A stretch of 64,000 bases of DNA from an uncultured Candidatus Actinomarina sp. (lineage in GTDB: Bacteria; Actinomycetota; Acidimicrobiia; Actinomarinales; Actinomarinaceae), in assembly GCA_902533795.1 (NCBI GenBank), contig CACAND010000001.1, forward strand, positions 90,499-154,498. The letters run 5' to 3'. Made by a program: the position numbers and the translations under genes. Below are positions 9,375-19,762 of this stretch, piece by piece; the first letter of the stretch is position 1; each line of letters opens with the position of its first letter. The notes beneath the pieces were generated by a model. It saw only the letters and a program-made list of their open reading frames with translations, did no database searches and had not been told where the DNA came from.

Positions 9375-10612
9375 ATCGTATTTTCAGCCTTATTTCTAAA
9401 TACGTTCAGTAATATTATTGGAATCACACAAATAAAAATTATGACCGCAACTGCCGCTGATCTTCCTTGATTTAAAAATTTAAAATATTCGTCAAGCATT
9501 TTGACAGCTAATAAATTTGACTCAAAGTCACCCCTTGTTGTAACAAAAACGATATCAAATGCTTTTAAAACAGATATTGTAAGATAAGTAGCTACAACAA
9601 TTATGGTTGATCTAATATATGGCATTACTACAGATAGAAAAATTCTTCCTTCTGAAGCTCCATCAATCCTTCCAGCTTCTACAATTTCTTCAGGAATTGC
9701 TTTAATAGCAGCTGAAAATACAACCATTGCAAAACCTGTAAACATCCAAACCATGATTATCATCAACAAGATTGTGTTGAGTGGTAGGTTTGATAATAGA
9801 TTTAAAAAGGTATTTCCAGGATCAAGATTTTCAAACAATGGGAAATTCTGTAAATCTCTTTGTTGAAGCCAGCCAACAGGTACCTCACAACCGTCCGATG
9901 TGTACCCAATTTTTTCTCCATTGTCTGTAAATGTATTATTTCCACATTTTGATCCATCATCTGCAAACCCTCTACTTACTCTTAATCCGTTGATAAGACC
10001 TATTTGAGTTAAAGGAGGAGGTCGATATTCATAAATAAATTTATACATTGCACTTGAGCCAACTGCAGATATAGCCATGGGCATAAATATTATTGATTTA
10101 AAAAAGGCCTCCCCTCTTTTTAGTCTGTCTGATAAATAAGCTACAACTAGACCAAATAGAATAACTAAAAGTACAACTCCAACTAACCAAAAAATTTGAT
10201 TTCTGATAGTTATTAACATCGATGGATCAGTTATCGACCATCTGTAATTTTCAAAACCTATAAAATTTTCACCCCTATTGTCAAAAAAACTTAAATATAT
10301 TGTTCTTATTGCTGGATAAAAAAGAAATAAACTAAGTAAAAATATTGCTGGGCCGACAAACATTGCCCCAAACAAAGCCTCTTGGTATTGGTTAGGTGCA
10401 TAACTAATTAATTTATTCATACCTAGATAAAGTATGAATATAAATGAGGACCCAACAAGTATGGCAAGAGTTATTAATAACCAACGATCTGCAGTTTTAC
10501 TAAGCTCTCTAAAAAGAATAGCTTGAGTCATAAACCAAATTAAAGGAAATAAAGCAAATGCAATTATTCTTATACCTGTTGAAAAGAGTCTATTTTTTAA
10601 ATTATTTTCCAT
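9371..10612 (-). CDS. Carbohydrate ABC permease (AglF/MalF-like)
   Basis: FMPMAIS, EAGRIDGAS, LKAFDIV. Confidence 0.92.
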   Translation of the reverse strand: MENNLKNRLFSTGIRIIAFALFPLIWFMTQAILFRELSKTADRWLLITLAILVGSSFIFILYLGMNKLISYAPNQYQEALFGAMFVGPAIFLLSLFLFYPAIRTIYLSFFDNRGENFIGFENYRWSITDPSMLITIRNQIFWLVGVVLLVILFGLVVAYLSDRLKRGEAFFKSIIFMPMAISAVGSSAMYKFIYEYRPPPLTQIGLINGLRVSRGFADDGSKCGNNTFTDNGEKIGYTSDGCEVPVGWLQQRDLQNFPLFENLDPGNTFLNLLSNLPLNTILLMIIMVWMFTGFAMVVFSAAIKAIPEEIVEAGRIDGASEGRIFLSVVMPYIRSTIIVVATYLTISVLKAFDIVFVTTRGDFESNLLAVKMLDEYFKFLNQGRSAAVAVIIFICVIPIILLNVFRNKAENTI

Positions 10613-10659
10613 GAAATTTTAGAATACCAGACTTTCCTTCATCAAACATTTTTGAATTT

Positions 10660-10695
10660 TAATAAAATATAGCCACTCTTGCGAGTGGCTATATT
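10660..10695 (-). terminator. Hairpin/terminator between the substrate-binding gene and the permeases
   Basis: 13-bp stem aatatagccactc/gagtggctatatt (10666-10695), 4-nt loop, U-rich tail on the minus strand. Confidence 0.8.
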
Positions 10696-10714
10696 CAAAT
10701 TTTTCACGCCTTGT

Positions 10715-12025
10715 TTACGGCCATGAATTTTCGATGTTGTCTAATGCAGTATCAATGTAGCTTGGTCCATTTACGGCCAATTCTGTCATTTCAACCCAGA
10801 AACTTCCTGCACCAACGGCTGGTGGCATATTATCAGATCCATCAAATCTGAATGAGTTTGCAGCTAGTGCATCACTCAAAACAGCAGCTTGTGCTTGAAC
10901 AACAGGGCTCCAATACAATGAAGTATCAAATCCTGTATGTGCACTAATTCTTGTTGAACCTGCATCATTAACATTTGTAGCAATTGCTGTAAAGTAATCA
11001 GGTGAAAGCATGTATTCAACTACTGCTTTCGTAGCATCTCTATCATTAAAGACGCCCCACATATCTCCAGCACCAAGTGCTGCAGGTGGAAGTCCTGATT
11101 CTATTGCTGGGAATGGGAACGATGTGGTTTCAGTTCCTAATCCTTCTTTTGCTTCTTCAGGCCAGAATCCTGGAATGAAAGATGCTTGTCTATGCATGAA
11201 ACAACCTGGGTTGCCATTAGCATCTCTCTCAAACATTGGATCTTGAGCATTTCCGAAGAAGGTAGATACAATTGCATCTGTTCCTCCAACTACGTATCCA
11301 TCAGTATGCATTATTTGGCTAAGCAAAGTTGCTGCATTTTTTACTATTGGATCGTTGAATGGAATATCATGATTTACCCACTGGTCATATGAAGCTGTTC
11401 CTTCACCTGTTCGAAGCATAATATCTTCCATCCAGTCAGTTGCAAGCCAACCTGTAGCACCATTAGAGTACATTCCAAAACAGAATGGAGTCATTCCTTC
11501 TGCAAGAATTTGGTCAGCAAGAGCAATCATTTCATCCCATGTAGCTGGAATAGCGTAACCTCTCTTTTCGAATTCAGCAGGTTGGTACCAAACGATACTC
11601 TTTAGGTTTACAGCATGAGCGCCACCATAAGCAACACCATCTACTTCACCTAGACCTACTAAATATGATGAGAAATTTGTCCTGTAAGCATCCATGTCCA
11701 CATCTAGATCCGCCATTGGAATCAAGAAACCTCTTTCAGCTGCATCTCTAACAGCTCCAGGTTGTGGCCATAATGCTATATCAGGTGGATTACCAGCTTC
11801 CATTTGAGCCTGAACTTCAGATTCAAAGTTTTCTGAACCGACATAAGTAACAATTATTCCAGTTTCTTCCTCGAATGCATCAAATGATGCTTGAATTGCT
11901 TTACCATCAGGTCCGTCTGTAGCTGGAGCACCAAACATAAGAACTTCTTCACCTTCGAGGCCACCACCACAAGCTATTGCGACCATTGAAAGGATTAGAA
12001 GCAGTCCAAAAATAGACTTTCTCAT
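10715..12025 (-). CDS. Alpha-glucoside ABC substrate-binding lipoprotein (AglE-like)
   Basis: Lipobox AIAC, PPDIALWPQPG, KSIVWY, ATGWLATDWMED, CFMHRQASF, FRFDGSDNMP. Confidence 0.9.
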   Translation of the reverse strand: MRKSIFGLLLILSMVAIACGGGLEGEEVLMFGAPATDGPDGKAIQASFDAFEEETGIIVTYVGSENFESEVQAQMEAGNPPDIALWPQPGAVRDAAERGFLIPMADLDVDMDAYRTNFSSYLVGLGEVDGVAYGGAHAVNLKSIVWYQPAEFEKRGYAIPATWDEMIALADQILAEGMTPFCFGMYSNGATGWLATDWMEDIMLRTGEGTASYDQWVNHDIPFNDPIVKNAATLLSQIMHTDGYVVGGTDAIVSTFFGNAQDPMFERDANGNPGCFMHRQASFIPGFWPEEAKEGLGTETTSFPFPAIESGLPPAALGAGDMWGVFNDRDATKAVVEYMLSPDYFTAIATNVNDAGSTRISAHTGFDTSLYWSPVVQAQAAVLSDALAANSFRFDGSDNMPPAVGAGSFWVEMTELAVNGPSYIDTALDNIENSWP

Positions 12026-12175
12026 TATTTTTCTCCCTTTTTATACGTACGTATGCTAAAAATCGGATAATTTTTAGCTACAAGTTAGAATATTGAATTT
12101 ATTGTTATTTTCTAGCTTATTAACAAAACTTTTTGAATCTAAGTTGATTTTTTTATTGAGATTATGTAAGAAAAG

Positions 12176-12259
12176 TGCCCGAGGGGGGACTCGAACCCCC
12201 ACATCCTTTCGAATAACGGATTTTAAGTCCGTCGCGTCTACCAATTCCGCCACCCGGGC
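12176..12259 (-). tRNA. tRNA-Leu(TAA), long variable arm, CCA not encoded
   Basis: GCCCGGG/CTCGGGC acceptor stem, anticodon arm ACGGA-CTTAAAA-TCCGT, GGTTCGAGTCC T-arm. Confidence 0.96.
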
Positions 12260-12266
12260 TACCAAA

Positions 12267-13163
12267 TTAAAAATATTTTAGGATGAGTCCTTCCAAAATA
12301 TCACTTTTTGAAACTTTTAGTTGATTAATTTCATATTTTTTTAGTAAATTTATTACTAGAAAAAGCCCAGAAGTTATTGTTGCTGCCCGTTTTGGATCAA
12401 GACTTGGATAAGAATTAATAATTTGAGGAATTGTTTGTAATTTTAGATTTTCATAAAGATTATGTATTGATTCGTAAGATATATCGATTCTATCAATTTC
12501 ATCCTCATTGTATTTAGTTTGATTTAGATACATTGAACCAATCGAAGTGAAAGTGCCTGAAACACCTATGAAATTTCTATCTGAAAAATCACTGGTATAA
12601 AATATTTCATCGAAAAATTGAATTGCATTATCTTCGTCAACTAATGAGATGGGGTTTTGATTTAAGAAATTTTCATTCATCATTACCACTCCTATTTCTT
12701 TTGAATCAACATTTACTCTTTTATCAATGTCGTAAATTAACTCGGTGCTTTGGCCGCCAATATCAACAATTAAATAGTTTTCTAAATCTTCAAATGAAGA
12801 TTGCACACCTAACCCTGTAAGATAGCCCTCCTCTTCTCCAGAAATTACTTTCAAATCTAACTTAAATTTGCTTTTCACATCATCAATAATTTCATCAGAA
12901 TTTCTAGAATTTCTAAATGCTGCTGTTCCAATACAAAGAACTTCTTCAACTTTATTATTCTCAATAATTTTCAAGTATTTTCTTAAAACTTTATAAAATC
13001 TTTTTTTTGAGTCATCACCAATTTCTTTTGCTTGTATTAAATTTTCACTTAATTTAGTAACTTCATGTTGTTTTAAAAGATTCTGCAATCTTCCATTTTC
13101 AACATTTGAAATAAGCAATCTAGTAGAGTTTGAGCCACAATCAATTGCTGCAACTCTTACCAT
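12267..13163 (-). CDS. ppx: Ppx/GppA exopolyphosphatase
   Basis: AAIDCGSNSTRLL, ISGEEEG, DIGGQSTE. Conserved actinobacterial eno operon position. Confidence 0.9.
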   Translation of the reverse strand: MVRVAAIDCGSNSTRLLISNVENGRLQNLLKQHEVTKLSENLIQAKEIGDDSKKRFYKVLRKYLKIIENNKVEEVLCIGTAAFRNSRNSDEIIDDVKSKFKLDLKVISGEEEGYLTGLGVQSSFEDLENYLIVDIGGQSTELIYDIDKRVNVDSKEIGVVMMNENFLNQNPISLVDEDNAIQFFDEIFYTSDFSDRNFIGVSGTFTSIGSMYLNQTKYNEDEIDRIDISYESIHNLYENLKLQTIPQIINSYPSLDPKRAATITSGLFLVINLLKKYEINQLKVSKSDILEGLILKYF

Positions 13164-13687
13164 TCAATTCGCCATTTATCATTCTTAGAACCATTAATTA
13201 TGCAGGGTTCATTACAATTGCATCCACCTACGCTTTCAAGAACAATCTTTCCTATAACATTTTTTCCACTAACTAATTCGTCTGCAAGATGTGAATGTAA
13301 ACATTTTATTGACTTTGTTGTCCCTCCAACTCCGCCAATAGGGGAAATTGTATTCAAAAGACTTTTATATTTTTTATTTCTTTCATTTTCATAAGATTTT
13401 TGCCTTTTACGCCATAATTTATTTAATTTTTTATTACTTTCTAATTGCTTATCGAGATCTTTTACCATTCCATTTGACTCTAATGTACTGACTTTTTTCA
13501 CATACATTGGGCACGTAAGCCAATACATAGTTGGAAATGGTGTCCCATCATCTAAGTTTTTTGGAACATCTACAACAATTGGTAAGTCAAAATGGCATTT
13601 TGCAACTATATCTATACTGCTTCGAATTTTTCTATCTAACTGAATTTCTACAGTTTGTTTTTCATTAGTCACTGTTTGTACCGACAA
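13157..13687 (-). CDS. DUF501 family protein (start uncertain)
   Basis: GTPFPTMYWLTCP, GGVGG, KCLHSH. Between divIC and ppx. Confidence 0.88.
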   Translation of the reverse strand: MSVQTVTNEKQTVEIQLDRKIRSSIDIVAKCHFDLPIVVDVPKNLDDGTPFPTMYWLTCPMYVKKVSTLESNGMVKDLDKQLESNKKLNKLWRKRQKSYENERNKKYKSLLNTISPIGGVGGTTKSIKCLHSHLADELVSGKNVIGKIVLESVGGCNCNEPCIINGSKNDKWRIEW

Positions 13688-14042
13688 TAAACTCTACAAC
13701 AAACTCCAAGAGACCTTTACTTCTTTCACGTTGAAGAGTTTCTTCAAGAGGAGTAACAGGCTCTGGAACTTTAAATCGGTATATGTTTTCCCCAGGCAAT
13801 CCATACCCGTGTTGGCGTAAAATAATATCCAATTTATCTGGATCTTCAAGATCCTCTATCTTTTCTTGAATAAAGTTGATTTCACTTCTAAGTTCATCGG
13901 CTTTTTGTATACGGCTCTCGAGTTGTGATTCTAAAGATTGATAATCTTTAAAACTCAATTCCCATGTATCAAAAATAAAGAATACAAAAATAAATGATGT
14001 AATTAAAAATATAACTTTAGAAAATAAATTTTGTCTCAACAT
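13665..14042 (-). CDS. Septum formation initiator (FtsB/DivIC family)
   Basis: Single TM then coiled coil, GYGLPGE motif, downstream of eno. Confidence 0.75.
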   Translation of the reverse strand: MLRQNLFSKVIFLITSFIFVFFIFDTWELSFKDYQSLESQLESRIQKADELRSEINFIQEKIEDLEDPDKLDIILRQHGYGLPGENIYRFKVPEPVTPLEETLQRERSKGLLEFVVEFIVGTNSD

Positions 14043-14044
14043 AT

Positions 14045-15313
14045 TTATTTCCCCCAATTGCCTGTATTGAACGAATCAAAACCAACTACCTCACCTATAC
14101 GAAGTAGCTCATTATATTTTGCAGTTCTTTCAGATCGTGCTGGAGCACCTGTCTTAATTTGACCACTTGATGTACCTACACATAGATGACTTATAAAAGT
14201 ATCTTCTGTTTCTCCTGATCGATGTGATACTAAAGAGCTATAGTTATTTTTTTCTGCAAGCTTCATGGTTTCTATAGTTTCAGTAACACTTCCTACCTGA
14301 TTAACCTTTACAAGAATTGAATTTGCACATCTATCATCAATTCCTCTTTGAAGAATCTTTTCCTGAGTCACAAATAAGTCATCTCCTACAAGTTGAATTT
14401 TTTCTCCAAGTTTATCAGTAAGATACTTCCATCCTTCCCAGTCATCTTCACCTAATCCATCTTCGATGGAGAGGATCGGATAATTCTCAGTTAGGTTAAC
14501 CAAATAATCAGCCATCTCAATATTGGTTAGCTTTTCACCTTCAATGTTGTAATAGTTATTTTCATAGAATTCTGAGGATGCAACATCTAATGCAAGTGAA
14601 ATATTTTCACCTGGTGCATAACCCGCTTCTGAAATAGAAAGCATTATTTCATCTAAAATTTCGATTGAAGATTTAAAATCTGGAGCAAAACCTCCCTCGT
14701 CGCCAACATTTGTTGCTAGTTTTTTTCCTTTTAATCTTTTTTTTAAAACGTGATAGGTTTCAACACCTGCTCTAAGTGACCTGTCAAAAGTATCAAATCC
14801 ATATGGAACAATCATAAATTCTTGTATGTCAACAGAATTGTCCGCATGAGCGCCACCATTAAGAATGTTCATAAAGGGTATTGGCAAGGATGGGGCATTG
14901 TAAATATTTGGAAAGAGTTCAAATGGTTGTTTTTTTTGTAAGTTTGCATTTGCTTTAAAAGCAGCCATTGAGGCTCCTAAGATTGCATTTGCACCCAAAT
15001 TATTTTTATTTTCTGTTCCATCTAATTGAATCAACTTCTTATCAATAGCTTCTTGGTCGGTAATATCTAGCCCTATCAACTCTTTAGCAATTATTGTTTC
15101 AACATTTTCAATTGCTTGATTTACGCCTTTTCCACTGTAAGCATCATCGTTATCTCTTAGTTCATGGGCTTCAAGTGCGCCTGTAGATGCCCCTGATGGA
15201 ACTGCTGCGCGTCCGAAAATTTCGTCATTTAAGTATATTTCAACTTCAATTGTTGGATTTGCTCTGGAATCTAATATATGTCGAGCTTTTATAGTTTTTA
15301 TTTTATTATTCAT
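14045..15313 (-). CDS. eno: Enolase
   Basis: VPSGASTG, GDEGGFAP, QLVGDDLFVT, SHRSGETED. Confidence 0.98.
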   Translation of the reverse strand: MNNKIKTIKARHILDSRANPTIEVEIYLNDEIFGRAAVPSGASTGALEAHELRDNDDAYSGKGVNQAIENVETIIAKELIGLDITDQEAIDKKLIQLDGTENKNNLGANAILGASMAAFKANANLQKKQPFELFPNIYNAPSLPIPFMNILNGGAHADNSVDIQEFMIVPYGFDTFDRSLRAGVETYHVLKKRLKGKKLATNVGDEGGFAPDFKSSIEILDEIMLSISEAGYAPGENISLALDVASSEFYENNYYNIEGEKLTNIEMADYLVNLTENYPILSIEDGLGEDDWEGWKYLTDKLGEKIQLVGDDLFVTQEKILQRGIDDRCANSILVKVNQVGSVTETIETMKLAEKNNYSSLVSHRSGETEDTFISHLCVGTSSGQIKTGAPARSERTAKYNELLRIGEVVGFDSFNTGNWGK

Positions 15314-15350
15314 AACCCTGTTATTAAAAATCTAACAGAAAAAATGATCT

Positions 15351-16091
15351 TTACGAATCTATTTGATTTTTCTTTGCCAGAGACCAAAGCTCATTTATAT
15401 CTGAATTTTCATCTAGATTGTCCTCAACATATTTTGCACGACCAATGAAGGTTTGGATTGACTTTTTTAACTGAATTTCTGGATCAGCTTCTAAAAATCT
15501 TGATACGTTAATCAAGGAAAAATAAACATCACCTAGTTCAGATTTTTTTTCTTCAAGAGTTTTGGCTTCTTTTAATTCATTAATTTCTGAAATTAAGTCA
15601 TCTAAAGCTTCATCATAATTTTTATAACTTAAATTAATTGTTTTTGCTTTTCGTTGAACCTTGAAAGCAGTATTCACTGGAGGTAAATTAGGATTAATAT
15701 CATCAAAAATTGAATTGTTATTCTCTTTTTTTATTTCTTCCCATTGCTTCTCAACTTCATCAGATGATTTCAAGTTTTTGTTTTCAAATACATGAGGGTG
15801 TCTTTTTATCAATTTTTTTTGTAATGAATTTATAACTTCAATAATGGAGAAATAATTTTTCTCTGATGCTATTTCGGCATGAAGTAATATCTGTAGAAGC
15901 AAATCTCCTAGTTCATCTTTAAATTCATCAAAGGTTTTTTTTGAATCATCTAGTCTCGCTAAAACATCTAGTAGTTCATATGATTCCTCTATCAAATGCT
16001 TTGCAAGGCTTTCATGAGTTTGTTCTTTATCCCATGGACAATCTTTTCTTAGTTGAGAGACAATATCTAATAAATTATCAAATTCATTCAT
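15351..16091 (-). CDS. mazG: MazG nucleoside triphosphate pyrophosphohydrolase
   Basis: CPWDKEQTHESL, EESYE, ELGDLLLQ, RHPHVF. Confidence 0.93.
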   Translation of the reverse strand: MNEFDNLLDIVSQLRKDCPWDKEQTHESLAKHLIEESYELLDVLARLDDSKKTFDEFKDELGDLLLQILLHAEIASEKNYFSIIEVINSLQKKLIKRHPHVFENKNLKSSDEVEKQWEEIKKENNNSIFDDINPNLPPVNTAFKVQRKAKTINLSYKNYDEALDDLISEINELKEAKTLEEKKSELGDVYFSLINVSRFLEADPEIQLKKSIQTFIGRAKYVEDNLDENSDINELWSLAKKNQIDS

Positions 16092-17088
16092 GCGAATTTA
16101 CATTTACATTTGCTAAGTTTTCTTTATTTAGCCATGAAATAGTTTTTGATATGAATTCATCAACTGTTGTATATTCAAGACCTAATTCTCTATTTGCTTT
16201 TGACCCATCATAAAGATGTCCATGAGTCAAAACTTTAATTGTTTCACCACAAATAATTCCTCCAAGAGAAGAAAATTTACCAAAGATATCAAAAACAGGA
16301 CCCAGGCCACTAAGAAAACTTTTTGGAATATATACTGGAGAGCCTTTCCAAGTTGTAAGATTTTTTAAATGTTCAATTAAAGTTTCAACATTTAATCGAA
16401 AACTATTTAAAACATATTTTTCATTATTTTTGCCTTTAATTAATCCTAGGTAATGACCTTCTGTACAGTCCTCAATATCAACTACGGAAACAGAACTTTT
16501 TATAAGAGGAGGAAATTTTTTATTTAGGGTAGATATCAATAATTTTGCTGTTCCAGATATTCTTCCGGGTCCTTGAACTGATGAGGGATTAATAGATACA
16601 AATTCAAAGTTTTTATTGAATGCAAAAGCTACTTGCTCTGCAAGAAATTTTGATTCTTCATAATCACTTAAAAATGAGCCTCTATGATCTGATTTCTCAT
16701 TTCCAATTTTTCCTTTTTGCTCACCAAGTGTTACTGCCGAAGAAGTGTAAATAAATTTTTTTATTTGTAAATTATTTCCAAGTTCTAAGATTTTCTTTGT
16801 ACCCTCAATATTTGTTTTATGCATTGAAGAGGGATCTTTTTGACATTTTTGATTTGCTCCAGCTACATGAAATATTGCATCAATCGATTTACCCTTAAGT
16901 TGGGAATAAATATTTTCACTAAAGAGATCTCCGTTTACAACCTCAGCTTTATTGGTTCTAATAAAATCCTCGTTTTTAGTATTTCTTGACAAAGCAAAAA
17001 CATTATGACCTTGATTTATCAATTTAAGGAAAATGGGCTTACCAACAACTCCGGTAGATCCCGTTATGAAAATATTTTTAAATTTCAT
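16084..17088 (-). CDS. NAD-dependent epimerase/dehydratase (extended SDR, dihydroflavonol reductase-like)
   Basis: ITGSTGVVG, YTSSAVT, YEESK. Confidence 0.85.
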   Translation of the reverse strand: MKFKNIFITGSTGVVGKPIFLKLINQGHNVFALSRNTKNEDFIRTNKAEVVNGDLFSENIYSQLKGKSIDAIFHVAGANQKCQKDPSSMHKTNIEGTKKILELGNNLQIKKFIYTSSAVTLGEQKGKIGNEKSDHRGSFLSDYEESKFLAEQVAFAFNKNFEFVSINPSSVQGPGRISGTAKLLISTLNKKFPPLIKSSVSVVDIEDCTEGHYLGLIKGKNNEKYVLNSFRLNVETLIEHLKNLTTWKGSPVYIPKSFLSGLGPVFDIFGKFSSLGGIICGETIKVLTHGHLYDGSKANRELGLEYTTVDEFISKTISWLNKENLANVNVNSHE

Positions 17089-17626
17089 TCTTTGATTGAA
17101 AATAAGATATTACATATTGGTATGCAGAGATGTATGAAAATATGAGCGCATGCATGACGAATAATTCTGCAATAGTCAGGCTAAATATCGTAAATGATAA
17201 ATCTATCATTACAAAACCTATAGCCCAAAATTGTAGACTAGCTTTTGCTTTTCCAAATCTACTTGGAGGAATCATTATTCCGTCATTTCCTGCCAAACCA
17301 CGAAGGCCCATAATCATGAATTCTCTAGCAATTAGTAATACAGTTATCCAAATACTTACTCTGCCAATAATGGAGAATCCGGCAAATACGAAGGTTACAA
17401 AAATTTTATCAGCAATAGTATCTAAAAATGCGCCTAACTTACTACTTACATCCCACTTTCTTGCAAGATAACCATCAAAATAATCTGACCATGCTGCAAT
17501 AAAAGCAAGTATTGCAGGATATAACATTAATCCTGTATCAGAGCCATCATCTAGTATTAGAAATAATAAAACTGGAGAAGATAAAAGCCTAAACCATGCG
17601 AGTAAATCAGGTAATTTATTTTTCAT
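17078..17626 (-). CDS. pgsA: CDP-diacylglycerol--glycerol-3-phosphate phosphatidyltransferase
   Basis: DYFDGYLARK...GAFLDTIADK motif. Confidence 0.88.
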   Translation of the reverse strand: MKNKLPDLLAWFRLLSSPVLLFLILDDGSDTGLMLYPAILAFIAAWSDYFDGYLARKWDVSSKLGAFLDTIADKIFVTFVFAGFSIIGRVSIWITVLLIAREFMIMGLRGLAGNDGIMIPPSRFGKAKASLQFWAIGFVMIDLSFTIFSLTIAELFVMHALIFSYISAYQYVISYFQSKNEI

Positions 17627-18222
17627 CAGACCACATCAATAATTCTTCTTTCAGATGCTTTCTTAATTGCAAATTTAATGTCCTTAAAAAATAAGTCAAT
17701 TATCTCCATGCTGTCCTCAATTATAAACTCAACTTCCTCGGTCTGATCATTATTAAATTTCGACAATACATAATCTGCCGGATCTTGACTTGTAGGCGGT
17801 CTTCCCAAACCAATTTTTAATCTCCAATAATCATTAGTTCCAAGAGCACTGTCTAAAGACTTAATGCCATTATGTCCTCCATCTGAAATACCTTTTTTTA
17901 AACGAAATCTACCAAATGCTAAATCAATATCATCGTGTATTACCAAAAGATTAAAGTCCTTAATGTTTTGGTCTATTAAAAAGGATTTGAGGCCCTGTCC
18001 TGAATTATTCATAGACGTCATTGGAATAACTAATAATATTTCGTGATTCATGATTTCAAACTTTCCAAATTGGAACTGGCCTGAATTATCTAAATCTATT
18101 TTTAAGTTATTTTTTTGACTGTACGAAAAAAGAATATCTGCACCAATGTTATGACGAGTATTGATATATTTTGGTTGAGGATTCCAAAGACCAACTAAAA
18201 TAGTTTTTGGTTTATTCTCCAC
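17626..18222 (-). CDS. pth: Peptidyl-tRNA hydrolase (start moved to GTG 18222)
   Basis: TRHNIG, MNNSG, HDDIDL, GGHNGIKS, DYVL. Follows rplY. Confidence 0.93.
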   Translation of the reverse strand: MENKPKTILVGLWNPQPKYINTRHNIGADILFSYSQKNNLKIDLDNSGQFQFGKFEIMNHEILLVIPMTSMNNSGQGLKSFLIDQNIKDFNLLVIHDDIDLAFGRFRLKKGISDGGHNGIKSLDSALGTNDYWRLKIGLGRPPTSQDPADYVLSKFNNDQTEEVEFIIEDSMEIIDLFFKDIKFAIKKASERRIIDVV

Positions 18223-18904
18223 TTTCCTCTGCTGATTCAGTATCTTCTGAAGCATCTTCACCAGATTCCTCATCTCCTTCACCAGCCTCTTCATCGCCTT
18301 CTTCTCCTTCAAGGTCTTCATCCAAGACCTCTTCCTCTTCAACAACAGCTCTTGGAATAGTTATTGTCACAAGAATAGATTCATCATCTTCAGAAGTAAG
18401 TTCTACACCGTCAGGCAAGTCTATATCTGCTGCAGTAACATTATCACCAACATTTAATTCTGATATGTCAATGTCTATAGATGAGGGAATGCTTGTAGGA
18501 AGTGCAGTAATTGATATTGTGTTGTTAACAGTTTGCACAACCCCACCCTCTTCTTTTACACCTAGAGGCGTGCCAAGAAAGTTAACTTGAACATCAGCTT
18601 CAACAGTTTGTGACAGATCAATTCTTATTAAATCAACATGTACGATTTCATCTTTGAATGCGTGACGTTGAATTTCTCTTGCTAAAGCTGGGATGCTGTC
18701 TTTACCAACATTTACATTTAATATTACGTTAGAGCCAGCTTCTGTCTTTAATGCATTATTAAATTCTCTTGCATTTATCAGTAATGACTCTGGTTCTGAA
18801 CCTAAGCCATACATAACAGCAGGTATGAAGCCTGTTGATCGTAATCTTCTCGATTCAGCTGATCCTGTTTTGTCTCTATTTGTAGCTTCTAATGTAATTT
18901 CCAT
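18212..18904 (-). CDS. rplY: 50S ribosomal protein L25/Ctc with acidic C-terminal tail
   Basis: SRRLRSTGFIPAVMYG, HVDL, GVKEEGG. Confidence 0.93.
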   Translation of the reverse strand: MEITLEATNRDKTGSAESRRLRSTGFIPAVMYGLGSEPESLLINAREFNNALKTEAGSNVILNVNVGKDSIPALAREIQRHAFKDEIVHVDLIRIDLSQTVEADVQVNFLGTPLGVKEEGGVVQTVNNTISITALPTSIPSSIDIDISELNVGDNVTAADIDLPDGVELTSEDDESILVTITIPRAVVEEEEVLDEDLEGEEGDEEAGEGDEESGEDASEDTESAEESGE

Positions 18905-18961
18905 ATTTTCCTTACGAAGTATATAGATTATTAGGTTTTAATAATTAATTAAAGTCTTTAT

Positions 18962-19762
18962 TTATCCTTTTTCATTTACTTTCTTTGCTGATGAAACAGC
19001 GTAAGCAAGTGTAATAAGAGCAAATATTCCACCGACTATTAATCCAGGTAAAATCACATTAAAAACCCATCCTTCAATTAAAATTCCTCTGATAGCCTCT
19101 ATAACGTAAGTAGTCGGGTTAAATGCTGCTGCAGTAGACAACCATCCTTTTAACGCTTCTCTAGGAACAAAAGTTGGAGCTATAAACAAAGCTGGAAAAA
19201 AGAAAAAAGAAGCAGCCTGAGCCCCTTGAGATGATCCTGATTTTACACTCGCAGCAACAGAGTAGCCTGCAAATCCAAGTCCCCACAAAAAACCAAAACC
19301 AAGCACAGCTAAGTAGCCACTAAAGCCTGTTGCGGGATCTGCCCCAATGAAACTTCCTATAAGAAGAATTAAACTTGCTTGAATTAATACTCTGATTGCA
19401 CCTATGACCATGGGAGCAAGTATTATTGACCATTTTGATATTGGCATTCCCTGATATCTCTTAAAAACTCCCGATTCAATATCTTCAATAATATAGAAAC
19501 CCGATGCAGAGCCACTTAAAGATGCAGAAACAATTGATACGGGAAGGATGAAGTTTACAAAATTTCCTTGAGCAAAATCCAAAGAAGTTCCTACAGCGCT
19601 TGCTCCAAATACTCTTCCTAAAGCCCCGTCATATATAAAAAGAAAGAATGCAGAAATAATTAAATTTGGAAGCTCACTTAGAGGACGCCTAACGACTCTT
19701 AGAAGTAATCTTTTTGTTAATATTCCCAATTGGGTAAAAAATGGAGCTTGGTGATCAGACAT
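18962..19762 (-). CDS. ABC-2 type exporter permease (DrrB-like)
   Basis: 6 TM helices, NPTTYVIEAIR. Adjacent to an ATPase gene. Confidence 0.85.
   Translation of the reverse strand: MSDHQAPFFTQLGILTKRLLLRVVRRPLSELPNLIISAFFLFIYDGALGRVFGASAVGTSLDFAQGNFVNFILPVSIVSASLSGSASGFYIIEDIESGVFKRYQGMPISKWSIILAPMVIGAIRVLIQASLILLIGSFIGADPATGFSGYLAVLGFGFLWGLGFAGYSVAASVKSGSSQGAQAASFFFFPALFIAPTFVPREALKGWLSTAAAFNPTTYVIEAIRGILIEGWVFNVILPGLIVGGIFALITLAYAVSSAKKVNEKG

Noticed and set aside
12074-12281. Two 62-63-aa ORFs
   Set aside because: They overlap tRNA-Leu and are translation artefacts of the tRNA.
18223-18345. N-terminal extension of Pth in the ORF track
   Set aside because: It is an alternative frame of the rplY acidic tail. 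Homology starts at GTG 18222.
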